A stretch of 64,000 nt of DNA from the human T2T-CHM13v2.0 reference genome, Homo sapiens. The notes beneath the pieces were generated by a model. That model saw nothing but the letters and a program-made list of their open reading frames with translations, had not been told where the DNA came from and searched no databases. The position numbers were made by a program, and so were the translations under genes. The stretch is from assembly GCF_009914755.1 (NCBI RefSeq), contig NC_060926.1, one strand, 5' to 3'. Positions within the stretch are counted from its first letter, which is position 1; the number at the start of each line of letters is the position of its first letter. Shown piece after piece: positions 30,451 through 43,556 of the stretch.

Positions 30451-31214
30451 GGAAGTGATTTATCCAAGCTTGTTGTTGGCAGATACAGGCTTCAAATACA
30501 GATCTCCCATGTTCTAATGCCCAAATATCTCCCCTCTCTCACTGCCTTACCTTCTTTCGCCTATTAGGCAAAATATGTCCTTCCGTCATGATTTAAAGGT
30601 CCTCATCTCTATGCTCTTTCATTGTAAATCTTCCCAAATATTTTTGGCAAAGAGAGGTAATACGGGGAATAAATACTAAACAAAACAAAACCCTACAATT
30701 AACTTCATTGCATGCAGAGTGTGGATCACATAATCTCAACCTTGTTCTCTGAGAAAATGGTTCTCTGAAAACATGCTAGTGTTTCTCTTGTGAGGAAGTG
30801 TGTCAGTAGCTTTGGAGTCAGACATCCTAGGCTCAAGTCCTTGCTTAGTCACTTATTAACTGGGATATTGGGTGAGTTGCCTAATTTTCTTTCACATTTT
30901 CCTCATTTTTGACATAGCGGTATTGCTTCACTTCCAACTTAGGCATTGTCAATTTTAACTGAGATCATGGGATTAAATGCTTACTGTAGAGCCTGTGGGA
31001 AAAGGGCTCCGCAAATTGAGCTCTTAAGATTACTGACCCCCATCCTAACTCTGGTGGAGCTCCATGGGGAAACACAATTTCTCTGTCCTACTCTCCATAC
31101 GGTACCGGAGTGTTGATTAATGTTGCACGCTGAGTGGCCCATCACACTGCTCACATGCTCCATTTTTGACATTGCTTCTAATGTCTCTTGCTTTGTGTTG
31201 TGTTGTCTGGGCAG

Positions 31215-31415
31215 AGGACAAGATCTGGACATCAGTGCAGCACAACAATACAGAGCTGACCCGAGTGCGGGGCGCTAACCCTGAGAAGCCCTATGCCATG
31301 GCCTTGGACTACGGGGGCAGCATGGAACAGCTGGAGGCCGTGATCGACGGCTCTGAGCACTGTGAGCAGGAGGTGGCCTACCACTGCAGGAGGTCCCGCC
31401 TGCTCAACACGCCGG
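31215..31415 (+). CDS. CNTNAP5: Internal coding exon (201 nt, phase 1/1; probably exon 13) of contactin-associated protein-like 5 (Caspr5), fibrinogen-like domain
   Basis: Acceptor ...tgtctgggcAG at 31213-31214 with candidate branch point ttctaAt ~31181, and donor G|GTAAGG at 31416. Translation [67 protein letters not shown] matches Caspr5 as I recall it and aligns with CNTNAP2 EDKVWTIVSH...CEQYVSYFCKMSRLLNTP. Sharp local rise in GC and CpG. Confidence 0.95.
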
Positions 31416-31425
31416 GTAAGGCCTC

Positions 31426-31435
31426 TGCATGCATG
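31426..31435 (+). promoter_or_regulatory. Two overlapping UGCAUG (RBFOX) motifs 11-20 nt downstream of the exon
   Basis: Sequence gtaaggcctcTGCATGCATGacc. Function is inferred, not shown. Confidence 0.5.
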
Positions 31436-34199
31436 ACCACAGTGGGATAGATGGGACCCTCAGACCTGGAGTATTAGGCAAAGGAAAATTTGCCAAGAAG
31501 GGGGCTATAGTTACAGTTAGTCACTGTGCACTCGAGAGAAACACAACAAGAGGGGTCTGGTTATGTAGTAATCCTGGCTCTGAAATTCAGCATGGAAGCT
31601 AGAGTGAGTTCTGTCACCTTTCAAAGTTTTCTCCTCATCATAAAGAAAACGATTCCAACACCCACCCTGCAACAGTTGTGAGAATGAAGAACATCTGAAG
31701 AGGAATGGGCCTCAAAGAGGGCATTTGAGCTTGACATAGAAAGTGTGGCCATGGGAAATGCTAGTTTGGGGAGAGAGAATAGAGCTTGATAAGGCACCAG
31801 GATCTCAGCACACCCACCCGAGAGGGATGAGTTATGTCTGGGGTGGAGGATGCCTGGATGCCTAAGGGGGCAGTGTTAGGCAGGGAGGCCAGCAAGATAG
31901 GCAGGGCAAGCCTGTGGGTTCATGGCATGAACGGAGCCTGAGAAATAGGGGCTTTAGGGGAAATGACTCTTTTTATAAGTAAAGTGTGCTTCTAGAAAAA
32001 ATTAAACTAACACTGCATATGAATTTATTTATTTTCCCATGGTTATTTTTTACAGTAAATGGATGATTTAGTTATTAACATGCTTTGAAAAGGAAAAAAA
32101 ACAAAACAAAACACAACAACAAAAACAACTTCTAGAACTGCTTACTAAGACTCAAGAGTTTCTGTAAAATGTAACATAGGGTTCATCAAAATTTACATGT
32201 TTCCTGGGAGTCAGTCATTTTTTTGTGAATGTCAGTTCATCATTTGTTTCATGGGAGAAAAAAGGACAAAAGATCTGAAGTATCTAAGAAAGGGTGTTAT
32301 AATCTCTAGCCTCAAGAAACTTACATTCCAGCACTTAGAAGTTAAGAACTTTGAAAGGCTGGGGAAAAAATGGAGAATAAAATATCAACAAAGGGGAAAT
32401 CATAGAAACCTAACTAAATTCAACAGAATGCCTCCTTGATCTAGGATCTTCAGGGAAGACGTTGTTCCACGTAATTGAATTTTCCAGGTAACTGTCACTT
32501 ATCCTTTTAAGCACCAAAAATCTTTCCAAAGAATTTTTAACTATTTGAAATGAAAATCTTTCTCAAATGGATTACACGCTTCCATGCCTTCTTAACCAGA
32601 GAATTCTGAACATAAAATGTAACCTTTCTTGGTGACTCAGCATCAGCATTGTGAAAATCAATTATTGTACTCTCCTTAGATTCAGCCAGGCTTGCAGGGC
32701 TGATTAGATCAGACGTACTGGTTCGTGTCCCTTTACCCAGCATCCTCAGAGGGTGCTGCCCTGCCAGAGTCAATGTTTATATTTATGTGTGTTTCTCTCT
32801 CCATGTCTGTCAAGCCTGCACGTGCTACCTCAGCACAGTTCTCAGGGTGCCTGTCTCCAGAAATGCCCTTCCCTCTTCTCATTGCGTTGTTTCTAGTTTT
32901 TGAAGGTTTCGGTTTGGCCGAATTGTAGGACTAATGGCGGGGCATGTTCATTCTGACTATGGGACTTCTTTTAGGATACGCACTCCGTGATATCAATTTG
33001 GCTACACCATTGACTTTGCAAATGTGTTCTTTTCCTAACTCAGCTGCCTCACTGTCCCTGGCCTTATTTGAGTGGGAGGGCACGGGTTTGGCAGCAAGTC
33101 ATATTGGGAGTAAGGGCTTGATGCTGTCATTTACCAGTTATGTGACTTTGTGCAAGTTGCTCAATTTCTATAGTTTCGATTTCACCACCTGAAAAGTTTG
33201 CATGAAAATCCTGAACCCATGCAGTTGATCTGAGGATGGAAGAAAAAATTTAGTCTGAACTCCTTGTGCTATGCCTGGTACATAATAGGTATTCAACAAA
33301 TACTGGTGTCCTTATTCGTAGCTTCCATTGCAGCAGGGAACATCCAAAATTGTTCCATAATGGGAAACAAGCACAAAGGGAAATTTTATTTCTATTTTAA
33401 CAATGTAAATAGAATAATTGTCATAATTATGTAGTAACAGAATTGATTAGAAAACTCAACGTAGATAATCTCATCCCCTGAAGATGGCAACTTTAACATT
33501 CAGATGTGAATCCTTCCAGACATTCTTCCATGTGTATATTCTCAAAGGCACAAGGAAGACACACCATATTTTTGTGCATGAGGGTCTTCATTAATCGTCT
33601 TTCCCCATGTGCTCTGAATCAAAAGGAGGGAGATAAAGGAGAACAATGGGTATGTAGGCTCAGTGTCTACTTTCTTCTTGTGAGCTGGCTTGGAGAATGT
33701 AGCATGAACCACTTCATCCTCTTGGCTTCCACCTCCAGACTAGACACTGCTTGTGGGGCAAGAGAGTCCTCATTTACCCAGACAGTCCCGTAGAGGTGTG
33801 ATTTAGCTTCACACTTTCACTGCCAGGACAGAAGCCACCTCGTCCCCCATGCATGTGAGCTCACCGTCTGGAAAAGCAGGAATGGGAAAAACAATATATA
33901 ACATTTGTAGCCACATGGATTCAACAGCCAGCATCCAGGGCATACACCTACATGAATGTTTTCCTGGTCCTTATTATTATTAAGCCACTCATTCCCTTCC
34001 CAAGAGGAAGCCCAAGGACAGAAGCAGAGGAGGATAGAGGCCATCTCCTCCTTACCTATCTAAGATTCTGGAAGAAGTTTGTGCAAGTTTTTCCTTTATC
34101 AGATGAATCTGTGGTCTATGCTGGGAAGAGATTCCCGACCCTGTGATACTCTTTTACAGCCTGTATTTGTCACACACAGGAAATGTACAAATACCTTTC

Positions 34200-34585
34200 T
34201 TTATCAATAAATACAACTTCATATCATCATTTTCATTAACTATAGAGTATTTTATTATATGGAGCTACTCCAATGAACAAATCTCCTATTTGGACCTGTA
34301 GATTGTTTCCATTTTTTTCTCTGTTACACGTAATGCTGCAGAACAGTTTTGCATTTAGATCTTTGTGAACATAACTGATTATATCCTCAGGACAAATTCC
34401 TTGAGGTGCCATTTGCAGGGCAGCGAGTATGCATATTTTTAAGACTCTTGCCACATTGAATTCTGCAATGCATCAAGGTTGTACCAATTTATACTCCCAA
34501 CGACACTATGAGACTGAGTGCCCGTTTCCCAGCGATAGATACTATTATCTTCCTTCAACTTTGGTAATGTGATAAGTGCAAAGGT
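34200..34585 (-). mobile_element. Ancient L1ME-like fragment
   Basis: gattgtttccatttttt..aatgctgca and aaggttgtaccaatttatactcccaac are L1 ORF2/3' motifs. Confidence 0.65.
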
Positions 34586-36779
34586 GGGGAGTCAAAGATG
34601 ATTATAAATAGTTTTGTTATTAATTTTTAAAAGCGTGCAGGCTGATTTCCATAGCCTACTGGCTATTGCTAACTAGTAGCCAGGGTGAGTAGACGTTATG
34701 AAAAATTATAAATTATGGCTGCAGGTGCATTTAAATCAATAAGAGAATGTGGGGGTTGCCTTGTGGGCATAGATTCTCCTATATACTATGCACAATGGTT
34801 AATAAATGGATACAATATAAGAAGGCAAAATGAAAGACAAAGAAATATTTAAATGGCCAATAATGACTGAGATTTCTTATGTTTGAGGATATGTGTGGGG
34901 TGAGCTACTGGAATTATCTCTAACCCAGACAACAGATCTGCACCATAAGAGTCATTGTCCCCATCTGATATTTCAGGAAACAGAACCTCAGAGAGAATAA
35001 GATGCTTGTTTAATGCCACACAGAAAGGGGCAGATCTAACTCTTGCAACCAAAATCTCCTGAAGTCAGAGCAAAAGTGCTATTTCTGATACATCACAAAA
35101 GCGGCCAAGAGCCAAGAGTTACAAGTAAATGAAGGAGTCAGAAAAAACATGATTTTGTATAAATTTCCTTATTGTGTAGGAAAATGGAAGGAGAGAGAAG
35201 CGCACCAAGCACTGTCTCTGTGAAGGCCACGGAGTTGTCAGGGTTGCCTGAACTGGGCACATTCCTGGGCGGCATCAGAGGGTTTGCATCATCCTGGCCT
35301 AGACTCATCACCTTCCATGGCTCACGCACCCCTTCATGGGAAGGCCTGTGTATCCCTACACAGCATCCCCAGAGCCTCCTTCTGCCTGCTCTCGGCTCCA
35401 GCAAGGGCTCTGGTTCCATTCATTTAGCAGCGGCAGAGGGAGAAGGAAGAGACAGGCAGGATAAGGTCGTGCATGGGTCACCACTGGGCCTTTTTCATTC
35501 AGTTGGTGACTGAACCATGACACTGTCATTTTATGACAGTCTCCTTGGATATTTTTTTCCCAGAACTACTGATAAGTGCCAACCAATGGAATGCATCCTC
35601 CATCTCTGTAGCTGAAGGTTTATACTAGAAACTCTCCAATGTCTCACCAGGACATCCGTATCCCAGGGAAAGTGTCTTTGTGATTCTCATGGATCTTTGT
35701 CTTTCCCCTCACTCTGCTTGCTGCTTTCTACTCTGAGCTTTCTGCAGGGCTGGAGGCCCTTTGCTACAGTGCAGCTTCCAGTACAGAGCCCAGGGGGGGA
35801 GAATCACCACAGCCTGCCAGTACTCACAGTACCTTGTCACAGGGAAGGAGACAACACTTATCCCCACTGAAAAAGGCTACCTTGGTTGAGCCCAGACCTT
35901 TTCTCTCTTGTCAGCACCTTCATAGGCATTTTGCCTGAGGCTAGAGTCCTGAAGGCGACATGTGATGAGCATACGAAATGAAACAGGAGGACAGAAAAAT
36001 AAATATCAAAGCCATAGTCTGGAAGATTCTTGAATCACATGGCCAATTAGCTCTATAACCCATAACTTTCCCCTGGAAGGAGGACAAGATGGAGAGGGGT
36101 ATAGCAAGTGACCGCATGGGGAAACTGAGTGCCCAGATCTCTGCTGGGAATGGGCATTGGAAGGCCTCCCTATCCCACAATTCTCTTGCAATAGTCTCCA
36201 TGGTGCCTTGAAAGTCCCCCGCCACTGGATTCCGTCATTAGGGTGTCAGTATCCGGTGTAGGCATCCTCTTGCACTCACCACTCCATGTAATGGAAATCT
36301 GTTTGTGGAAACCCTCTTCAGTAAAGCTGTGACCTCTTGCAGGCAGAGGGAAGAAGTCAATATTGAAACACGTGAAAGCACTGGAAATTCAGACTCCATT
36401 ACTTTGAAATCTAATGGCTGTAGGACAGCCTGAGCTGGAATTTACTTTGATTTTTCTGAACAGAAAGCATTTGCGGAGCAAATCAGTCATGGAAGCAAGA
36501 TTGCCGTGAGGATTGTGTAAGTTCTTCAGGAGCCCTAAGAATCCAGAGCCCTACAGCATCACAGAACCTCTGTTTACCTACCAGTAACATGCTGGTTAAA
36601 AGCCATTCCTATTAATTCATTCATGCAGCTGAGAGTGGTTTCTACCTGCAGTCAATTGCTTTACCTAGTCATGTTACAATGGAATTTAAAGGGACAGCAT
36701 GCTATTTATTTTAAAGTATTTTAAAATTCTGAATTTTTTCTTTAATTACTGATACTTTAGTGAGCATACAGCTAACTGA

Positions 36780-36940
36780 CTATATATACCATACATAATA
36801 ATCTAGACTATATAATACATAGTATATAGTATGGATAAATATATATGTGTATGTATGATAGTATATAGTATATAGTATATAGTATGGATAAATATACATA
36901 TATACAATATATGATGTATATACTATATAGTATATGCTAT
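36780..36940. repeat. TA-rich low-complexity tract with (TAGTATA)n and a duplicated agtatatagtatggataaatata
   Basis: Direct reading of the sequence. Confidence 0.8.
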
Positions 36941-38417
36941 GTCATATTTGTCCATAATGGTATATACATTCATCACGTACTCTTTATGTGTCCAAACAGC
37001 TCTGTAAATACACTTGTGCATATTAATTCTGTTTATTTGCAATATTCCCCTTCACATGTGAAAAATTAATGATTTAGTTTAGAAATCTGAGTAAGGAATT
37101 GTGATGTAGAAAAGTCAAATTACAGGTAGAAAAGAAACAGTATGTCAAGATACTCTGGGGTTCACAAAACTAAAAATGCTTTCTTCTCAATACTTGTACC
37201 ACCCAAGATCAATTAGCAGAATTAACATTTTTCTTTCATACACTAGGCATTTTTGAGTATCTGTTTTGTGCCAGGCACTGGGGAGTGAAAATAAAACACT
37301 GAAAAAACAGAGTTCTTGCCTGCATACTTGTAGTAGGGAAGACAGAAACATCCCCCCACTGCCCCCAACCCCCCCCCCCCGCCACACACACACAATCAGT
37401 GCATGATGAAAGTGATGCTGAAAGGTCCAGAAGGACAAATGACTAGAGTATCAGTGGATGTGGGGAGCTGCATCTCACATGAGGTGGTGGGAAAGTCCTC
37501 CCAGTGTGCAGGAGCTATCCAGCAGGACCCTGAGTGAAGGGACAGGATGAGGCAGGTGCCTTTTTGGGGCAGAAGATTCCAGGCTGAAGAATAGCCAAAA
37601 GGCCAGTGTGGCTAGAGGAGGAGCAAGGGTGGGAGGAAAATGATGGAAAGTGGTATCCAGAGGCCAGATTTTACAAAGCCTGGGACTGCAAATTTTATTC
37701 TAAGAGTAAAGGGAAGTCACTGGAAGATTTTAAGCAGAGGATTCTCTTTCTGTTTCAAATCCAAAGGGTAATGTCAGTTTATGTAAGTCAGGCTAAACCA
37801 GGTATGAATATTTTCATATGAATAATTTGCTAAGCACATAGACATTTTAAGTCATCTCCTATGCCTAGTGAACTGGAAAAAGGTATGAGCTCCCTGAAGG
37901 AAGAAACATGTCTTATATCACTCTGTAACCTCACATTCTAATTCGGGGCTGTGTGTGGAAGGCTGTGACCACCTTGGATCCCCTCTGATTCATGGTGGTG
38001 ATTCTGTTCTTTCTCACCCAATTAACTGAGCTGCGATTGCTTTGGCTACTTCACCCGCTATGTTCTTGCTGCGGCCCACTTTCACCATGCTCACAAAGCT
38101 TGGAGGTCCGCGTCAGAGAGCTGCAATCTTTGCAGTCTATGGCACCACCTCTGCTCCCATATTTCTTTCCTTTCTTAATTCCCTCTTTCTTTCATCTTTT
38201 TCTTTGTCCTTCCTTCTTTCTTAACCACCCCCCGCCTCCACAGACACACGCCTAAACATACACAAATATGTGGGTAGAACTGATCCCCAGTGTCTACCGT
38301 TCTTCCACACCAGAATTAAAACCACAAACTTACATCATGACATCTGGAAGACAAAATATCAGGGTAGTATTTGACTTTTTTTTTTTACTTATTTCTTAAA
38401 TTATGCTCCCTATCATC

Positions 38418-38992
38418 TTTTTATTATTATTATTGTTATTATTATTATTATACTTTAGGTTCTGGGATACATGTGCAGAATGTGCATGTTTGTTACACAG
38501 GCATACATGTGCCATGGTGTTTTTCTGCACCTATCAACCCGCCATCTAGGTTTTAAGTCCAGCATGCATTAGGTATTTGTCCTAATGCTCTCTGTCCCCT
38601 TTCCCCTAACCCTCTGATGAGCCCCAGTGTGTGATGTTTCCCTCCCTGTGTCCATGTGTTCTCATTGTTCAATTCCCACTTATGAGTGGGAACATGTGGT
38701 GTTTGGTTTTCTGTTCTTGTGTTACTTTGCTGAGAATGTTGGTTTTCAGCTTCATCCATGTCCCTGCAAAGGACATGAACTCATTCTTTTTTATGGCTGC
38801 ATAGTATTCCATGGTGTATATGTGCCACATTTTCTTAATCCAGTCTATCACTGATGGACATTTAGGTTGGTCCCAAGTCTTTGTTATTGTAAATAGTGCT
38901 GCAATAAACGTACGTGTGCATGTGTCTTTATAGCAGAATGATTTATAATCCTTTGGGTTATATACCCAGTAATGGGATTTCTGCATCAAATG
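38418..38992 (-). mobile_element. 5'-truncated L1PA (L1PA7/8-like) 3' end with (TAT)n tail
   Basis: ORF2 C-terminus CTRTFIAALFTITKTWDQPKCPSVIDWIKKMWHIYTMEYYAAIKKNEFMSFAGTWMKL plus 3'UTR. Confidence 0.93.
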
Positions 38993-39067
38993 ATTATATA
39001 TATATATATATATTTACCAAAAAGCTATTTCTACTTTATGTACAACAAGAATATAATAAACCCAGGT

Positions 39068-39353
39068 GGACTGGGTGCCATGGCTTACACCTTTAATCCC
39101 AGAGTTTTGAGACGCTGAGGTGGGAGGATGGCTTGAGAACAGGAGTTGGAGATCAGCTTGGGCAACAAAGCAAGACCTTGACCCTACAAAAGATATTTAA
39201 AAAGTTATCCAGGTGTGGTGGGGCACACTTGTAGTCCTATCTCCTCTAGAGGCTGAAGTGGAAGGATTGCTTGATCCCAGGAGTTCTAGGCTGCAGTGAG
39301 CTATAATTGTGCTACTGCACTCCAGCCTCAACAACACGTGAGACCTCAACTGG
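39068..39353 (+). mobile_element. AluJ
   Basis: Diverged dimer with ggaggatggcttgag and gaggttctaggctgcagtgagctat. Confidence 0.87.
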
Positions 39354-39368
39354 AAAGAAAAGAAAGAA

Positions 39369-39455
<87 letters not shown>

Positions 39456-39487
39456 AGGAAGGAAGGAAGGAAGGAAGGGAGGGAGGG
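39354..39487 (+). repeat. Compound (GA)n(GAAA)n(GGAA)n microsatellite derived from the Alu tail
   Basis: Direct reading of the sequence. Confidence 0.95.
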
Positions 39488-40719
39488 CACACCTTGGTGA
39501 CAGAATAAGACTTTATCTCAAAAAAAAAAAAAAAGAAAAAGTCACTTCCACTAGCCCACATTCCAGGGGAGGGAAATCTGTTTCTATCTTCTAATGGAAC
39601 AGGTATACAGACATGTTTTAAATGACAATGTCATCTTCAAAATTTTACATGAATAGTCAACTACCCTAAGAAATGCAGTGAATACAGGGCAGAGTCGAGA
39701 GTCAAACCAAGCTCTTTCTAACTCAAAGTCTAGGCCCTTAGACTCTGGTGTCTAAGTCAGTTATAATTCATGTTGGAAATGGGTTTGGCCCTCCATTTTT
39801 TCCCGTGAGGGACTTTTGTTACCCTTAAAGTGATACAGCTAAAATGTGTTTTTAAGCGTTTGCCACAGCTTTCAAAAATAAAGAGATCATCACATGAATC
39901 AAGCCAGTGCAATTTACAGTGCATGAAAGCCAAAGCCATCTTTCCTAATGTCCTAGTAATTTACTCTTGGTATTTCACTGGGGACTTGAAGTCAAAATTA
40001 GAAGTGGGTGGGTCTTACCAACAAGGTGGATAACTTAATCAAGCTAAAGATGTTGATATGAATCTGAGGAAAAATAAAAACTATCCTATGTAAAGTCAAC
40101 AGATGGTATATATCTGACCACAATTGAGTTGCTGTTCAGACCATGAATTATTTAAATAATCAAAGTTGATTGCCCAAGAATCAACACTCAGACACTACAT
40201 AAAATAAAATATGCATTTTTCCCATCACTTTATGAAAGCCCATGTCCACTTCCTTTATCTCAAGGATAAAGGAATGCACATGTAGGAAGAAGAATACAAT
40301 GTTCTAATATTAAGATACGGTACAGTGGCAGCACAATGGAAAGAACATGGATTTTCTTCACTGTTTTCTCTTCCTTTATTAATTGTGAGACCTTAAGTAA
40401 GTTAAATGGGCCTTCTGAGCCTCAGTTTTCTTATGTGTGACATTTAATGAGACAGATGCCATGTCTGGCACAGAGTAGGCCCTCTGGACACTGCTGTTAT
40501 TTTAGCCAGTATTTTATCACATTATCCAGCGGCAAGGAGAACATTAGGTCCCTTAGGTACTGATAGAGGGTCTCCCAATCTCATAGTGTGGCCATTCAAA
40601 GAGTTCAGTTGTGGAGCTTGCCTCTTCATAGCTTGGGGGCACACCTACTTTCTAAATTGCACTTCATTTATTTGTAACTTATGGCATTTACCTACTCCTG
40701 GTAGCACTGTTGAAAGTGT

Positions 40720-41560
40720 AGAGTTAGGTCTATGTTCCTCTCCCCATTTCTGCCAAATACCCAAATCCACTCATCTGCTTATCTTTCTCATTTCAGTAAA
40801 TGCTACCTTCATCTACTGAGTTTTTTAAGACCAAAACCTACGATTCCTTCCTCTTCACCATCTCCATTCCCCATTCAGTATATTCTCCAGTCTCTTCTCT
40901 CTAATTCCACATCAACCACCTCCATTCACACCCTCATCATCTCCTCACCATACTAGACAAGTGCAGTAGATTCCTGCTTCCTGTCTTCCACCATCCCATG
41001 CCCCATTTCCCCACAGCGGATATCCCAGCCTGCAGCCAGAGTGATAATCTTTTCAAAATTAGTTTATATAACCATGGCTCCAAACCTTTCCCTCTGGCCT
41101 GGAAGCAAAACCCAGACTCCTAACTGTAGCCTGCAGAGCTCTGCCAGCCACAGGCCTCTGCCAGCCCCTGTTCTCCCATTAATACAGTGAACTTGGCCCC
41201 ACTTTGCTTTTTGTTGCTTCTTGCCCAGCTTGCCCCACCTCTCAGACCTGATACACTGACTGCTCTCTCTACCCAGAAGCCTTGTTCCTCTCTCCATGCT
41301 TAGCTGTCTCTGATTTTACGTACAACTAAAGTATTCACTTCATTACTGTTAACTGCTTCATCCTTCCTGAATAGTCTGCATTGAAGTTGTTTCTATCAGA
41401 TACCTTATTCTTGCTTATTTGTTCACTATCTGCCTCTGTCAATAGAATGTGAGCTTCTTGTAAGAGGGGCCTTCTTTGTCTCATTCTTTATTCCCAAAAT
41501 GCTTAGAATAGTACCTGGCACCTAGGGACAATTGAGTGAATAGTTGTTGAATGAATAAAG
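40720..41560. mobile_element. L2 LINE 3' fragment
   Basis: catcatctcctcacc..actagac, agccagagtgataatcttttcaaaat, gaatgtgagcttcttg and terminal tagttgttgaatgaataaa. Confidence 0.65.
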
Positions 41561-42974
41561 GGTCTCTTCTCAGTAGTAAGTATCACCAGTAGTCATATGA
41601 TGTCAAAGGACAGATGACAACACACGTGCACTTGGCCAAGCCTGTCACACAGACCCTGGTGGGAGGAGAGCAACTTCACAGAGCAAGAGGCTAGGCTTGT
41701 GGGGAGCTGCCCTCTGACTCCCAGCTTTGCCATTGATTCTCTGTAACCTTGAGATGTTACTGATGTTTTATGGGCCACAGGTTTCTCCTCTTTGATACTA
41801 GAGGCTTATATTTAATGTTCTCTGAGTGTCCTTTCCACTCTGGCACTCCATGTCTCTATATTCACCACACAAAGTGAGTTAAAACACATGTCAGAGTTTA
41901 TTACTTTTTTGTCACAGTAAGGTACTTGTCGGGGTTAGTAAAACAAACAAACCAAAAAAAAAAAAAAGACTTTTGTCAGCCTCTCAAGCTTATGAAATGT
42001 GCTAATATAGTTATGTAATAGGTGATATTTTTTGACACCTTCATACACCTACTCTCCTCAGAACATACTTTCCTTACCGTGGCATAGATTGTGCAAAGAA
42101 GGTATGAAACTTCCCTAGGGTCATACATAACAAGTCAAGAATAGCAAGAAAAACAATTTATTACTGTAGCATATGTTTGTGTGTATTACCGTAGAATATG
42201 TATGCATGTATTTTCTTTATAAACAAACATATTTGGTGGCTTACGGGGTAGATATGGAAACGAAATTATACCAACTACACAGATGAGGTTAATGGGTCTG
42301 CATAGGTGTTATGCTATAATGGCACCTCTGAGCTTGCTTTTCAGGGGGCCATGGCTAGATACTAGACTTTCTTCACACCTGAGTCCTCACTGGAACCTTC
42401 CCAAAGAGAAGGCTCCAGAGTTCTGGTGATGAGCTCACTTACATGTTGCATCAGTTGCTTTGGTTCAAGCACTTGCTCCACTCCTACCGCCATGTGACCT
42501 TAGATGAGGTACTCACCATCTCTAAGCCTCAGTTTCCTCAACTCTAAGAATGAAGATGAGAAAAATAACATGAATGATACCCACATCATTGGAAGAATAA
42601 AAAGTGTTTGAAAATTTCACTCTTCATAACTTTTTAGTTTACCTAAGTTGTTTTGAAATTACAGGGGTGCCTTTCTGAACATAATTTTCATTGTCTTATT
42701 ATTTGCTGAGAAGAGGGAGTGGGTTTTCTGTGTGTGTGTTTATGTGTGTGTGTCAGATCAGATGAGGAAATACCAAATGTGCTTTCTATATGGTAGCGGT
42801 GATTTCACAGCGAAGATATGAAGCTTCCTAAAACTGGTAAATCATTATCTTGGAAAGAGACAGTGGAAATGTTTTAGCCTCTGAATAAAAAAATAAAAAA
42901 ATAAACACAACATAATTCCCCCACTCTGCCACTTATTTTTGGAGTAGCCATCATCAGGAAAGGTAATCTGAATC

Positions 42975-43114
42975 TGCATTTCATTTTCTTCTCTGCGAAA
43001 TAGCTAACATATTGACCTCACTTGCATCTCATTTTCTTCTCTGCAAAATAGCTAACATATTGACCTCACTTGCATCTCATTTTCTTCTCTGCAAAATAGT
43101 TAACATGTTGACCT
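42975..43114. repeat. 48-bp minisatellite, ~2.9 copies
   Basis: Unit tgcatctcattttcttctctgcaaaatagctaacatattgacctcact starting at 42975, 43023 and 43071. Confidence 0.95.
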
Positions 43115-43459
43115 AACACTATGCATGCGTAGTATGGGGCTGGACTAGTGGCTATTATTATTTAAGGAGCCTATCCCCCTACAGGCAGAACTAGAGACTA
43201 TATGTACATGTGAGCAAGGTATACAGGGCTCTGAAAAGGAGAAACTACTTCTAGTTAGGTGAACACCTTTCCAGAGGTTTTCTATGGAAAAGCACCTCTT
43301 CTTTGTGGACACAACATGGGTAGAAGTCATTCTGAGTTGAGGGAAGTGATGGGGAAAGGCATGAAGGGAAGACTGACCCTCAGAGAATGGGGGAGACATT
43401 GTAGGAATAAAACAGTTAAAAGTTCTTGCTGCTTATTTCAGATAAGGAGTCACAGAGGA

Positions 43460-43556
43460 TGGAAAGAAAAAAGGAAGAAAGGAGGAAGGAAGGAAGGAAG
43501 GAAGAAAGGAAGGAAGGAAGGAAGGAAGGAAGGAAGGGAGGGAGATAGGAAGGAAG
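43460..43556 (+). repeat. (GGAA)n-rich purine tract
   Basis: Direct reading of the sequence. Confidence 0.9.

Noticed and set aside
31166-31214. In-frame upstream extension [16 protein letters not shown] resembling a signal peptide before EDKIW
   Set aside because: It is the translated branch point and polypyrimidine tract, where T-rich sequence yields hydrophobic codons. The ORF starts at TTG and there is no promoter evidence. The canonical AG at 31213-31214 explains the boundary.
31212-31217. Possible tandem acceptor CAGAG
   Set aside because: The second AG is 2 nt downstream, so it is not a NAGNAG and its use would shift the frame.
31416-31450. Read-through of the ORF past the donor ([11 protein letters not shown]-stop)
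   Set aside because: This is intron sequence after a good G|GTAAG donor. Caspr homology ends at LLNTP.
39197-39594. Low-complexity ORFs (ERKK/SFLP repeats; also at 53366-53779 and 57718-58141)
   Set aside because: They are translations of microsatellites that lack stop codons.
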